A stretch of DNA of 64,000 nt, taken from Clostridia bacterium. GTDB taxonomy: Bacteria > Bacillota > Clostridia > Acetivibrionales > UBA4821. Numbering within the stretch: the stretch's first letter is position 1; the number at the start of each line of letters is the position of its first letter. The DNA is taken from NCBI GenBank assembly GCA_041687355.1, contig JAWLCD010000012.1, forward strand, positions 1,665 to 65,664, in the 5' to 3' direction. The translations under genes were made by a program, and so were the position numbers. Below the pieces are notes generated by a model. It did not search any database. It had not been told where the DNA came from and worked only from the letters and a program-made list of their open reading frames with translations. Positions 47,368-56,264 of this stretch are shown piece by piece.

Positions 47368-48165
47368 TTAATCCGGTTGGCCCATTATCCGTTCAACGTA
47401 GTCCTTTGTTCTAGGGACAACTGTCTTATTGAATTGGTCAAGCATCCTTAGTGCATTATCCCCTTCCCAATTCGGACCGAGCACTTCAGCTGGAAGCACA
47501 GGGTCTGACTTCATTATCTCGGTAAAGTCATGAATAAAATTGTGGCAAAAAGCTATCAGCTTATCATCTCCTGAGTTCCATGGACTTAAAGCGGGAGGAT
47601 ATTGAATCGTAAACTCCATATACTTTCTCTTTACATCCTCAATATCCCATATTTCCCTGACCACTTCATAAACATTGTGAAAGCTTGCAAGTCTGGATAT
47701 AAAAACTTTTACATATTTCGCAACATTTAATTCCTCAGCTTTCGATTCCACATCCTTTGATAAATCATAAGGATGTATATAACATCCTCTGCCCAACTTT
47801 CCGAACCCGAGCTTCCTAATATATTCAATAAAAATGGTTCTTTCATCAGTATTACTCTGTATATCCTCTATAACAAGACACCAATAGCCGTTCCACCCAC
47901 TTTTTCTGTAGGAAATCTTCTTCCAGAAATTCTGTTTCAATTCTTTCCATTCTTCAATACTTCTCAGACCATTTTCGCGTATCTCATAAAATACGCGGTC
48001 CCCTTCTCTGACATTTTTCAATACTCCAGCTTTTACAGCCCTTGACAGTCCCATTCTTATTGCCGTCTCATTCTTGTCGAAAGATTTCATTAAATGGAAT
48101 AGTTTCTTAAGTGATATACTTGTTATATTCCTCGGAAGTAAAAAAGAACTGAACAGAAATAACAC
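47368..48165 (-). CDS. PaaX-family transcriptional regulator-like protein
   Basis: N-terminal winged-helix region (..ETAIRMGLSRAVKAGVLKNVREGDRVFYEIRENG). The C-terminal PaaX_C-like region ends ..DPVLPAEVLGPNWEG. Confidence 0.65.
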   Translation of the reverse strand: MLFLFSSFLLPRNITSISLKKLFHLMKSFDKNETAIRMGLSRAVKAGVLKNVREGDRVFYEIRENGLRSIEEWKELKQNFWKKISYRKSGWNGYWCLVIEDIQSNTDERTIFIEYIRKLGFGKLGRGCYIHPYDLSKDVESKAEELNVAKYVKVFISRLASFHNVYEVVREIWDIEDVKRKYMEFTIQYPPALSPWNSGDDKLIAFCHNFIHDFTEIMKSDPVLPAEVLGPNWEGDNALRMLDQFNKTVVPRTKDYVERIMGQPD

Positions 48166-48345
48166 AACACTAGAGATTGCGTCACTTTTCCTGATTATTA
48201 ACTTATTAATTGTTATCCCCCCTTTAAAATGTTATAACCCTTATATCATAAGAAGCACATTTTAAAAGTAGATTAATAATGCAGTCTATCACACTGCCTA
48301 TCAATAGAATATTCCGTTATATGTTTCCAATAAGTGAGTAATTCT

Positions 48346-48381
48346 CTATAAAATAATAAAATCCTCTTTTTGGAGGATTTT
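48346..48381 (-). terminator. Terminator after the FAD oxidoreductase gene
   Basis: On the minus strand, AAAATCCTC / GAGGATTTT stem followed by AUUAUUUUAU. Confidence 0.7.
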
Positions 48382-48396
48382 ATTGAATAATATATA

Positions 48397-49854
48397 TTAT
48401 CCCTTCTCCGGCAGTGGAATTCCAAACCTTTTTTCCGGGGATTCTGTTTTGGTTTCATGATATTCTGGCTCGGTGTTTATACTCCATATATCATTTCGTT
48501 CACCATATAGTATGTTCCTGGCAGCATATAGTCCGGTCATTATTGAATGATCCATATTGTTGTATCTGTACGTCCCGTATCTTCCTACCGGCTGCAAATT
48601 GCTAAATCTGCTCAGCGCCTCCCTGATATTCTTCAGGTAGTTCTTATAACCCGTAAAATACACAGGGTAAGCTTTCGGAACTCTCACTACAAAACCATCC
48701 TCAACGAGGCTTTTTTCTGTAAGTCCAACCTTTTCAACTTCGTCAAGTGCAATGCTCATCATTTGTTTATCGGGAAGTGACCAAAATTCATCCCCTTCAG
48801 TACAGAAATATTCAAGTCCAAGCGTTGTTTTTGAGTTATCAGCAACCATATATGAACTCCAATTTTTAAAGTTCTGTACTCTTCCAAGCTTAACTTCAGG
48901 TGAATGGACATATATCCAATTGTCCGGAAAGCACTCTTCTTTATTTACTATAATATCTATGTTTATCAGGCTCCTATAGTTAAGCGCCTGTGCAGAATCA
49001 ATGATATCACTATCAAGACTTGGGGTTATTATCTGTACAAGCTCGGTTATGGGCATACTTGAAATCACATGTTCTGCTTCTACGGTTCTTTCCACACCAT
49101 TCTTATCTGCATAAGTAATACCTTTAACAGTGTATCCGTCTCTCTCAAGCCGTACTATCCGACAGCCTAAGTTGACTCTCCCTCCAACGTTTATAATCTT
49201 CTGTGCCATCTTCTCATACATCATCCCAGGCCCGTATTTCGGATACATGAATTCTTCAATCAGTGTTTTTATGTTTGTCGACTTGGGTTTAAATAATGCG
49301 TTGCATACCGCTGAATAAAGCGACAGCCCCTTTATCCTTTGAGCCGCCCAGTCAGCACCAATACTGCTGCAGGGAATACCCCATACTTTCTCAGTGTAAG
49401 TCTTAAAGAACATAGAATAAAGTTTGTAGCCAAATCTGTTTGTTACCCAATCCTCCAGGGTCTTTTCATCTTCTATGGGAGATAGTTTGGCTTTAATATA
49501 ACTTAAAACCACTGAAGCAGTATCGCCTACACCAATATTTGATAATGCGTTCAAGGGCTTCAAAGGATAATCAAAAAACCTGTTATTATAATATATCCTC
49601 GAAAGCCTTGGGGTCTTAACAAAATCGTCACCGAGTGTGTCCGCCCACATTCTGTTGACTTCGTCGAACTTTGTAAAAAATCTGTGGCCACCCAAATCAA
49701 AATAATAGCCTTTGTAATTAATTGTTTTGCTTATACCACCTACGGTATCTTCAGCTTCAAATACTTCTACATCTGCACCGTTTTTAGCTAATTGAAGTGC
49801 CGCCGCAAGGCCTGCAGGGCCTGCACCAATTACTATGGTCTTAACATTACCCAT
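48397..49854 (-). CDS. FAD-dependent oxidoreductase (amine-oxidase / UDP-galactopyranose-mutase-like fold)
   Basis: N-terminal dinucleotide-binding motif IVIGAGPAGLAAA..L......V.VFEA...VGG. Confidence 0.85.
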   Translation of the reverse strand: MGNVKTIVIGAGPAGLAAALQLAKNGADVEVFEAEDTVGGISKTINYKGYYFDLGGHRFFTKFDEVNRMWADTLGDDFVKTPRLSRIYYNNRFFDYPLKPLNALSNIGVGDTASVVLSYIKAKLSPIEDEKTLEDWVTNRFGYKLYSMFFKTYTEKVWGIPCSSIGADWAAQRIKGLSLYSAVCNALFKPKSTNIKTLIEEFMYPKYGPGMMYEKMAQKIINVGGRVNLGCRIVRLERDGYTVKGITYADKNGVERTVEAEHVISSMPITELVQIITPSLDSDIIDSAQALNYRSLINIDIIVNKEECFPDNWIYVHSPEVKLGRVQNFKNWSSYMVADNSKTTLGLEYFCTEGDEFWSLPDKQMMSIALDEVEKVGLTEKSLVEDGFVVRVPKAYPVYFTGYKNYLKNIREALSRFSNLQPVGRYGTYRYNNMDHSIMTGLYAARNILYGERNDIWSINTEPEYHETKTESPEKRFGIPLPEKG

Positions 49855-49882
49855 GACTTATCTCTTCCCCTTTCGTGCAAAT

Positions 49883-50302
49883 CTACCTGTTGAAGACCAG
49901 GAATTTTCTCGCAGTAAAATTCCATATCAGTGTTACTACCGTTGTTATTATTCTTGCTGCCATTGGAATAAATACCAAAACCTCAACCAAAAACCTCATA
50001 ACCACAACACTAAGTATCAATCCAGCAGCACCTATCAATGTAAAATAGATAAATTCGGGCAGTATTTGCGTTCTGCCGACATTAAATACCCATGCTCTCG
50101 ACAGAATGTAATTTACCAGCGTTCCTAACGAAAAAGATACAACCAATGCAGTGATGTATCCTGTAAACAAGAAACTCATGCTGCAGAAAAATACCGCCCA
50201 GTCCACTACTGTTGCCACTCCACCAACTACTGCATACCTGACAAATTGAACGGTTATCTTATCAGATTTATGAAGAATCAACTGCTTGATTATTCCTTCC
50301 AT
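49883..50302 (-). CDS. GtrA-family membrane protein
   Basis: 139 aa with four TM helices. VRYAVVGGVATVVDWAVFF is the GtrA signature. Confidence 0.85.
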   Translation of the reverse strand: MEGIIKQLILHKSDKITVQFVRYAVVGGVATVVDWAVFFCSMSFLFTGYITALVVSFSLGTLVNYILSRAWVFNVGRTQILPEFIYFTLIGAAGLILSVVVMRFLVEVLVFIPMAARIITTVVTLIWNFTARKFLVFNR

Positions 50303-50352
50303 TCAGACCTCCCCAGGAGATAAACATACTTGATGTTTCTAAGTACATCAGT

Positions 50353-50488
50353 TTTATCCGATGACTACCGCCGCTAAGACTCTCCCTCTTCTTCATGTGG
50401 GGGAGAAGCGGCGCTACGTCCCTGGATAACGGCTTCTAAGATTCAGTTGGAGATAAAAACTCCATTTGAATCCAAGAATCCTGTTTAT
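50353..50488 (+). repeat. Repeat family B, copy 4
   Basis: TTTATCCGATGACTACCGCCGCTAAGACTCTCCC..GGGGGAGAAGCGGCGCTACGTCCCTGGATAACGGCTTCTAAGATTCAG..TTGAATCCAAGAATCCTGTTTAT. It is inverted relative to B3. Confidence 0.9.
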
Positions 50489-50576
50489 ATTATTTCCAGA
50501 TTGAGTACTAATAATCCGCATATATGGAATTTTGAACTACCCGTCAAAAAATGAATAAAACTTGATTTGACTTGTA

Positions 50577-50909
50577 CAATAAATATAAGGAAAATGAATT
50601 AACTGGTGAATAAGTTTATGGAGAAATCCAAATGCTATCGGGTAGCCCAGGGCATACGGCTGGGACTTGTGCCCAGACAAAGCCCGGGCCTACAATTATA
50701 CTCAATTTCAGGAAGAATTGACAGGACGTCAATTCTAGGAATTATTGAGCCACGACGGCGAATTAATTCCGGTCTGAAATTTGGTATAACAAGCATCTAG
50801 TTTATCTTGATTTCGTAGTCCTTATGAGCGGTTAATTTATTTTCCTGTAAGGTAGGGGGACGCGGCCATTCGCTTCGCTCAAGGAACTTTCCCCTCTGCA
50901 CAAGTCAAA
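50577..50909. repeat. Repeat family A, copy 3 (core 50703-50782; contains an extra GC-rich block at about 50640-50690)
   Basis: Near-identical to 16564-16859 on both sides of the indel block. Confidence 0.9.
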
Positions 50910-51011
50910 AAAGCTTGAATAAATATGAAGTGTTCATACCTTTAATGCGTTTAATTATCTCCTGCTGTGGATAAAATACCAGAGTCAATTTTCAGATGAA
51001 GGGAATTAAGT

Positions 51012-52463
51012 ATGGTACAGCAGGGAAACAACATTTTAAGAATCTGGTCCTCAACTGCTTATCTTGATTGGACCCTCATAGCTTTTGCATTGCTACTGGG
51101 TTTGATAGTCCGGGCGTTATACTATATCATCCTTGGCCAGGATATAGTCATGGTCAGTGACTCCTGGACTTATCTGAACGCAGCCAAAGCACTGGAAAAG
51201 TCCTTTTATCTGGACGTTTACAGGCCGCCAGTATATATCGTTCCAGTACTGGTATCAGGGATTATATTTTCCTGGGAGAAGTTTTATATTGGAGTAATTA
51301 TTTTTCAGTCACTACTCTCAATGTTAAGTACCATACTTATCTATAAAATATCCCTGCTAATCATGGCTGGACGGTTAACAGGCTTTTTTACCGCACTTGT
51401 GGTTAACCTGAGTATTGCAGCCTATGGATGGGACTTCATGGTAATGACCGAAAGTCTGTCAATCTTCTTTGTTACACTCATTACCTACCTTATCCTTGCA
51501 TACTTCAAAGAAGAAAAAAAAATACTGCTGTACTACTTGCTTGGAGCAGTAATCCTTGCAATCTTTACAAAACCATTTTTCATTTTTCTTCCACCGGTAA
51601 TACTGGCTATCTTTGTTCTTAATTATTTGTTGGGGCACAGCAGGAAACTTAGAGTCAATCTTAAGACAATTGCTGTCGGATGTATAATAATATATACACT
51701 GGTTTTCGGTTACTCCGTTCTCAATTTTAAGGTCAATGGCTTTTTAGGGATGACCTCTGTCAGCAACGTCAATATTTTCGGTAAAATTCTTCAATACAAG
51801 ATGGAATACCTAGGAAATAATCAAGACTTGAAGAGTGATATATCTTGTGCATATACGACCACAACCAAGGATAACCTCGTAGGTGGAACGTTTCTTGAAC
51901 CCTGGGGGTTTCTATCGCAGTACGGCTGGGGAAAAGATAACTATGGCTCACTTGGAAAGTTTTCAAAATCAATAATACTTGAGCATCCTTTTACATACAT
52001 AAAGGAAAGCATTATACTTTCAGCAGGGCTTCTTAAAAATCAATGCCCTTTTAACGACTATATTGCGCTTAAGGCAATTGAAAAGCGTTCCAACATACCT
52101 TTCTTCAATGTTATCGATTCAATCAATAGAAGTGTGGATAAGGTTAACAGCCTTTACCTTCTGATTCTTTTAAGCTTGATTGAACTGCTAATATATCTTG
52201 CGTACAAGGGTTGGTCAACAATTCAACTAAGACTAAATTCAACACCAGAGAAAGAAAATCATTCCTCGAGGTTAAATAAAATTGGAATAATAACTGTTGT
52301 AGTTATAATTTTATACCACTACCTCACTAGTGCATTCTTCTCATATGGCGATTACTGCAGACTTCTAGCCCCAAGCTACTATTTAATATACTTCTTGATT
52401 GTCTATAATATTTTTAGAATTCTAGGACTGTTAAGGAGCCTCTTTCAAGTAAAAGCAATATGA
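51012..52463 (+). CDS. Polytopic membrane protein, GT39/ArnT-like glycosyltransferase fold likely
   Basis: 483 aa with at least 10 TM helices. The early loop (DSWTYLNAAKAL..YRPPVY) resembles the GT-C family DxD/E loop region. This is a moderate call. Confidence 0.55.
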   Translation: MVQQGNNILRIWSSTAYLDWTLIAFALLLGLIVRALYYIILGQDIVMVSDSWTYLNAAKALEKSFYLDVYRPPVYIVPVLVSGIIFSWEKFYIGVIIFQSLLSMLSTILIYKISLLIMAGRLTGFFTALVVNLSIAAYGWDFMVMTESLSIFFVTLITYLILAYFKEEKKILLYYLLGAVILAIFTKPFFIFLPPVILAIFVLNYLLGHSRKLRVNLKTIAVGCIIIYTLVFGYSVLNFKVNGFLGMTSVSNVNIFGKILQYKMEYLGNNQDLKSDISCAYTTTTKDNLVGGTFLEPWGFLSQYGWGKDNYGSLGKFSKSIILEHPFTYIKESIILSAGLLKNQCPFNDYIALKAIEKRSNIPFFNVIDSINRSVDKVNSLYLLILLSLIELLIYLAYKGWSTIQLRLNSTPEKENHSSRLNKIGIITVVVIILYHYLTSAFFSYGDYCRLLAPSYYLIYFLIVYNIFRILGLLRSLFQVKAI

Positions 52464-52631
52464 CAGATTTTGTTGCTTTCTCCATTTATATTGTTTTATT
52501 TACATTATTTGAAAATAATTCTTGATTTAAGGCAGACAATCAATTAATATAATAGGGTGTAAATATAAATTATGGAAATATAAGTAATTGTTATATTCGA
52601 ACTATATATTCCACAACCTAGTTAGGGGGCT

Positions 52632-54506
52632 ATGATGTTACCGCGACTTAAGATTAGTTCGTACGCAAAGGTAATATTTACTTTTGTATTTATCCTTATT
52701 TTACTTTCAGTTATTAGTATAATACTTTCAGTTATAAATACACTCAACATAATAAGGACGAGTGACCTTAAAAACCTAGAAATAATTAAAAGCAACGTAG
52801 AGGTATTTCTTGACAGCCGGGTCAAGGAAGCTGTTCTTCTTTCCTCTGTATTGTCTAACAATACAGATACTGTCTCAGAGGAGGTTTTTGAGCAGTATCT
52901 CAAAAACAATACCGGCTTTTACAGTTTTACATTGGTGGACACCGGCAAGTATGATTCAATCTCCCCAATAATCTCCCCGATTCAGGTTATGGATGACGGT
53001 ACATACGGTTTGAGTATCACTGTACCGGTGTTCATAGGTGGCACAGACACATTATCCGGCATACTCGTAGGCAGAATCCGGTATGATTATATTAGAGATA
53101 CATTTATTACCAGCAACCTTGTAAATTCCAATTCTACCGCCTTTATCGTTTCCAGGTCGGGGGAACTTCTCTTTTCCCATGACAGGAATTACACTGGAAC
53201 CAGCTTTAGGGACCTGACTGATGAGTCTCTGGCACTTAATTATAACCTTGAGACTTTTTCAAATATGGCCAGTGGATTATCAGGCTCCGGCTTCTTTAAG
53301 TCAAAATTTCATAATACGCCCAAGTACTCCGGCCTTAACAGAATGATATATAAAATTATTTGCTATAAGCCCTTAGAGTTTAACAACCAATTCCTGTTCT
53401 CAATTGCCGTCACCACCCCCCTGGAGGAAATAGGTTTCTTCATATACAGCCTCCTCTTGCAAGGAATATTGATAGTAATAATCGGCGTTCTGGTTCTATT
53501 AACTGTTAAGCGGATTCATGGAAAATCACTCAGGCAGGAAGTAGATAAAGCGCGGGTTATGGCTGAACTTGCTGTTGCAAATGATATCATCAGTAAAGAC
53601 CAGACCATACTGGAACAGAATGAAAGAATTGAGTTTCAGAACAAAAAAATTCGTCAGCAGAAAACCCTGGTTGATAAGCTGTACAAAGATGCGTTGGAAC
53701 AAAATAAAAACAGAACTGAGTTCTTTTCAAACATTGCTCATGAGTTAAAGACACCAGTCTCAGTAATTATCAGTACTGTACAGCTAATGGGCCTCAAAGG
53801 AAGCCGCACTGAGACTCAAAATATTAATAAAAGTGATTTTACACGGTGCCTGAATATAATTAAGCAGAATTCTCTAAGAATAGTCAAACTAATCAATAGT
53901 CTGCTGCAGATAACCAAGATGGAGGCAGGTTTTAAGGAGTTAAATCTTCAAAATACTGATATTATTAAGGTTACTCGAGAAATATGTTTTTCTGTTTCTG
54001 AGTATTTGAACCAGAAAAACATCATATTTGAGTTCAAAAGCAATATAGATAACAAGGTTATTGCTGTTGATACTGATAAAATCGAGAGAATTATGCTGAA
54101 CCTTCTATCAAATGCTGTCAAATTCACTTCACCTGGAGGCAAAATTACCGTTAATATAAATGCAGATAAACAAAACGTAACTATTAAGGTCAGCGATACC
54201 GGCAGCGGTATCCCAAAAGAAAAGCTTGATACCATCTTTGAGAGATTTGGTCAGGCACGTACTGCGGGGAACAAGCACCACGAAGGAGTAGGTATAGGTC
54301 TTTCGTTAGTCAAGATGCTTGTTGAACTGCATGACGGAAAAATTGACGTCCAGAGCCAGCTAGGTAAGGGGACAGAGTTTATTGTAAGTTTACCTGCCTA
54401 TACGGTAGCCGAGGTTGAAACTGAAAAGAACCCTGCCTGTTTAAATTCCGGCAGGATTCTTGAGTCTGTTGATATTGAGTTTTCCGAGATTTATCCGCTA
54501 AATTAG
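52632..54506 (+). CDS. Sensor histidine kinase with an extracytoplasmic (Cache-like) domain
   Basis: Two TM helices flank a periplasmic-type domain of about 240 aa. The H-box is FFSNIAHELKTP. N, G1 and G2 boxes are present (LLSNAVKFT, DTGSGI, GVGIGL). No response regulator lies adjacent. Confidence 0.9.
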   Translation: MMLPRLKISSYAKVIFTFVFILILLSVISIILSVINTLNIIRTSDLKNLEIIKSNVEVFLDSRVKEAVLLSSVLSNNTDTVSEEVFEQYLKNNTGFYSFTLVDTGKYDSISPIISPIQVMDDGTYGLSITVPVFIGGTDTLSGILVGRIRYDYIRDTFITSNLVNSNSTAFIVSRSGELLFSHDRNYTGTSFRDLTDESLALNYNLETFSNMASGLSGSGFFKSKFHNTPKYSGLNRMIYKIICYKPLEFNNQFLFSIAVTTPLEEIGFFIYSLLLQGILIVIIGVLVLLTVKRIHGKSLRQEVDKARVMAELAVANDIISKDQTILEQNERIEFQNKKIRQQKTLVDKLYKDALEQNKNRTEFFSNIAHELKTPVSVIISTVQLMGLKGSRTETQNINKSDFTRCLNIIKQNSLRIVKLINSLLQITKMEAGFKELNLQNTDIIKVTREICFSVSEYLNQKNIIFEFKSNIDNKVIAVDTDKIERIMLNLLSNAVKFTSPGGKITVNINADKQNVTIKVSDTGSGIPKEKLDTIFERFGQARTAGNKHHEGVGIGLSLVKMLVELHDGKIDVQSQLGKGTEFIVSLPAYTVAEVETEKNPACLNSGRILESVDIEFSEIYPLN

Positions 54507-54512
54507 GTAAAG

Positions 54513-55430
54513 TTAGTTTAACTCAAGCTTGCCGATAAGCTGCTCGAGGCTTGTAAACCCATATTTCCACATATAGTCTTCGATGCCGTCAATAATATTC
54601 ACTGCGGCTTCCGGCTCCATAAAATTCGCTGTACCCACCGAAACAGCAGAAGCTCCTGCAAGAAGGAATTCTACTGCATCTTCTCCGGTCACTATTCCTC
54701 CCATTCCGATAACCGGAATATTAACTGCCATTGCAGCCTGCCATACCATTCTTACTGCAACAGGCTTTACACATGGCCCTGACAGGCCTCCTGTATTATT
54801 TGCAAGTACCGGCTTACGTGAATGAACATCAATTGACATTGCCAACAGTGTATTAATCAGGGAAATAGCGTCTGCGCCGGCATCCTCAGCTCCCTTTGCA
54901 GGCTCTTCAATACTTGTCACATTCGGGGTAAGCTTAACTATCAGTGGCTTGCTGCATACTTCCCTTACCCTCTGTGTTACCTCCTTTACACCCGCGTATG
55001 ATGTGCCAAATGCCACACATCCGGCTTTAACATTAGGACATGAAAGGTTAAGCTCAATTCCGTCGATATCCGCATCCCTGAGTTCCGAAGCAACAGCAAC
55101 ATATTCCTCAATAGTCTTTCCAACAATGTTTACAATAACTCGGGTATCAAAAGTTCTCAGCCACGGCAAATCATTAACAATAAATGATTTGATACCGGGG
55201 TTTTGGAGCCCAATGGCATTCATCATACCCCCAGGTGTCTCACAGGTTCTGGGTGGTTTGTTACCAGACCAGGGCTCTGCTGACGTTCCTTTTGTTACGA
55301 TAGCTCCAAGTCTGCCGATATCTATGTAATCTGCATACTCTCTCCCATAACCGAAGGTTCCTGAAGAAACCATAACCGGATTCTTCATTCTAATTCCTGC
55401 AATGTTTACTTCAGTATTGATTACTGACAT
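54513..55430 (-). CDS. pyrD: Dihydroorotate dehydrogenase B, catalytic subunit
   Basis: Class 1B signature (NPVMVSSGTFGYG, NAIGLQNPG, LSCPN). Confidence 0.93.
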   Translation of the reverse strand: MSVINTEVNIAGIRMKNPVMVSSGTFGYGREYADYIDIGRLGAIVTKGTSAEPWSGNKPPRTCETPGGMMNAIGLQNPGIKSFIVNDLPWLRTFDTRVIVNIVGKTIEEYVAVASELRDADIDGIELNLSCPNVKAGCVAFGTSYAGVKEVTQRVREVCSKPLIVKLTPNVTSIEEPAKGAEDAGADAISLINTLLAMSIDVHSRKPVLANNTGGLSGPCVKPVAVRMVWQAAMAVNIPVIGMGGIVTGEDAVEFLLAGASAVSVGTANFMEPEAAVNIIDGIEDYMWKYGFTSLEQLIGKLELN

Positions 55431-55467
55431 CCGTATTCCTCCGTTTACATAAGTTTATTATTGTCCA

Positions 55468-56250
55468 CTATTCCAATTCCACATTCCTGGTATTGAAAAC
55501 AGGACCATCCTTGCAGACATGACCATATTTCCACTGCTCTCCATCTATTAGCTTTATTGCACATCCCAGACACGCTCCGACGCCACATGCCATCCTCTCT
55601 TCAACCGAAATTTCACAAGGGATTTGCAAGCTGCACGCAGCCTCTTTTACCTTTCTCAGCATTGGCTGAGGCCCGCAGGCAAAAATCATATCGTAACCGG
55701 ATTCCATGGCTTTTTTTTCTAGAATATCGGTTATAACACCGTGGTGTCCCATACTACCATCATCAGTTGATACTATCAGGTTCTGTGCCCTTTCTCTGAA
55801 TTCATCTATAAGTAATGCATTTTCTAGTGTCCTGAAGCCTAAGAAAACATCCAGATTGGGTTTATTCAGCTCACTTCCCAGAAAGAGCAAAGGGAAAATT
55901 CCTATTCCCCCCCCGACAATAGCTGCCTTGGCACTGCGGTCTGGGATAGTAAAGCCTTTACCCAGTGGTCCCAGTATATCAAGCTTACTTCCTTCTCCCT
56001 TTTCAGCCAGCTGTCTGGTGGCTTTTCCGCGGGCTTGAAAAATAAACTCAACCGTTCCATTTTCCCTATCCACTCCAGATATACTGATAGGCCTTCTCAA
56101 TATTGTATCAATGCAGTCACTGCATTTTATCTCCAGAAATTGACCCGGCAAAGCTGTCTGAGAAATGTCCCGGGATTTAATTTCAAAGCGGAATATACCA
56201 GGAAGCAGCATCTGCTTTCCAATCACTTCAACAATATAGTGTTTCGACAT
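55468..56250 (-). CDS. pyrK: Dihydroorotate dehydrogenase B, electron-transfer subunit
   Basis: RRPISIS FAD motif and a C-terminal CxxGxCxxC...C 2Fe-2S motif. The start was chosen at the ATG at 56250, which follows AGAGGT. Confidence 0.9.
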   Translation of the reverse strand: MSKHYIVEVIGKQMLLPGIFRFEIKSRDISQTALPGQFLEIKCSDCIDTILRRPISISGVDRENGTVEFIFQARGKATRQLAEKGEGSKLDILGPLGKGFTIPDRSAKAAIVGGGIGIFPLLFLGSELNKPNLDVFLGFRTLENALLIDEFRERAQNLIVSTDDGSMGHHGVITDILEKKAMESGYDMIFACGPQPMLRKVKEAACSLQIPCEISVEERMACGVGACLGCAIKLIDGEQWKYGHVCKDGPVFNTRNVELE

Positions 56251-56264
56251 GAACATTACCTCTT

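Noticed and set aside
50606-50800. 64-aa ORF (MNKFMEKSKCYRVAQG...)
   Set aside because: It lies entirely inside repeat A copy 3. The equivalent frame in copy 2 stops after 8 codons, so it is not conserved as coding sequence.
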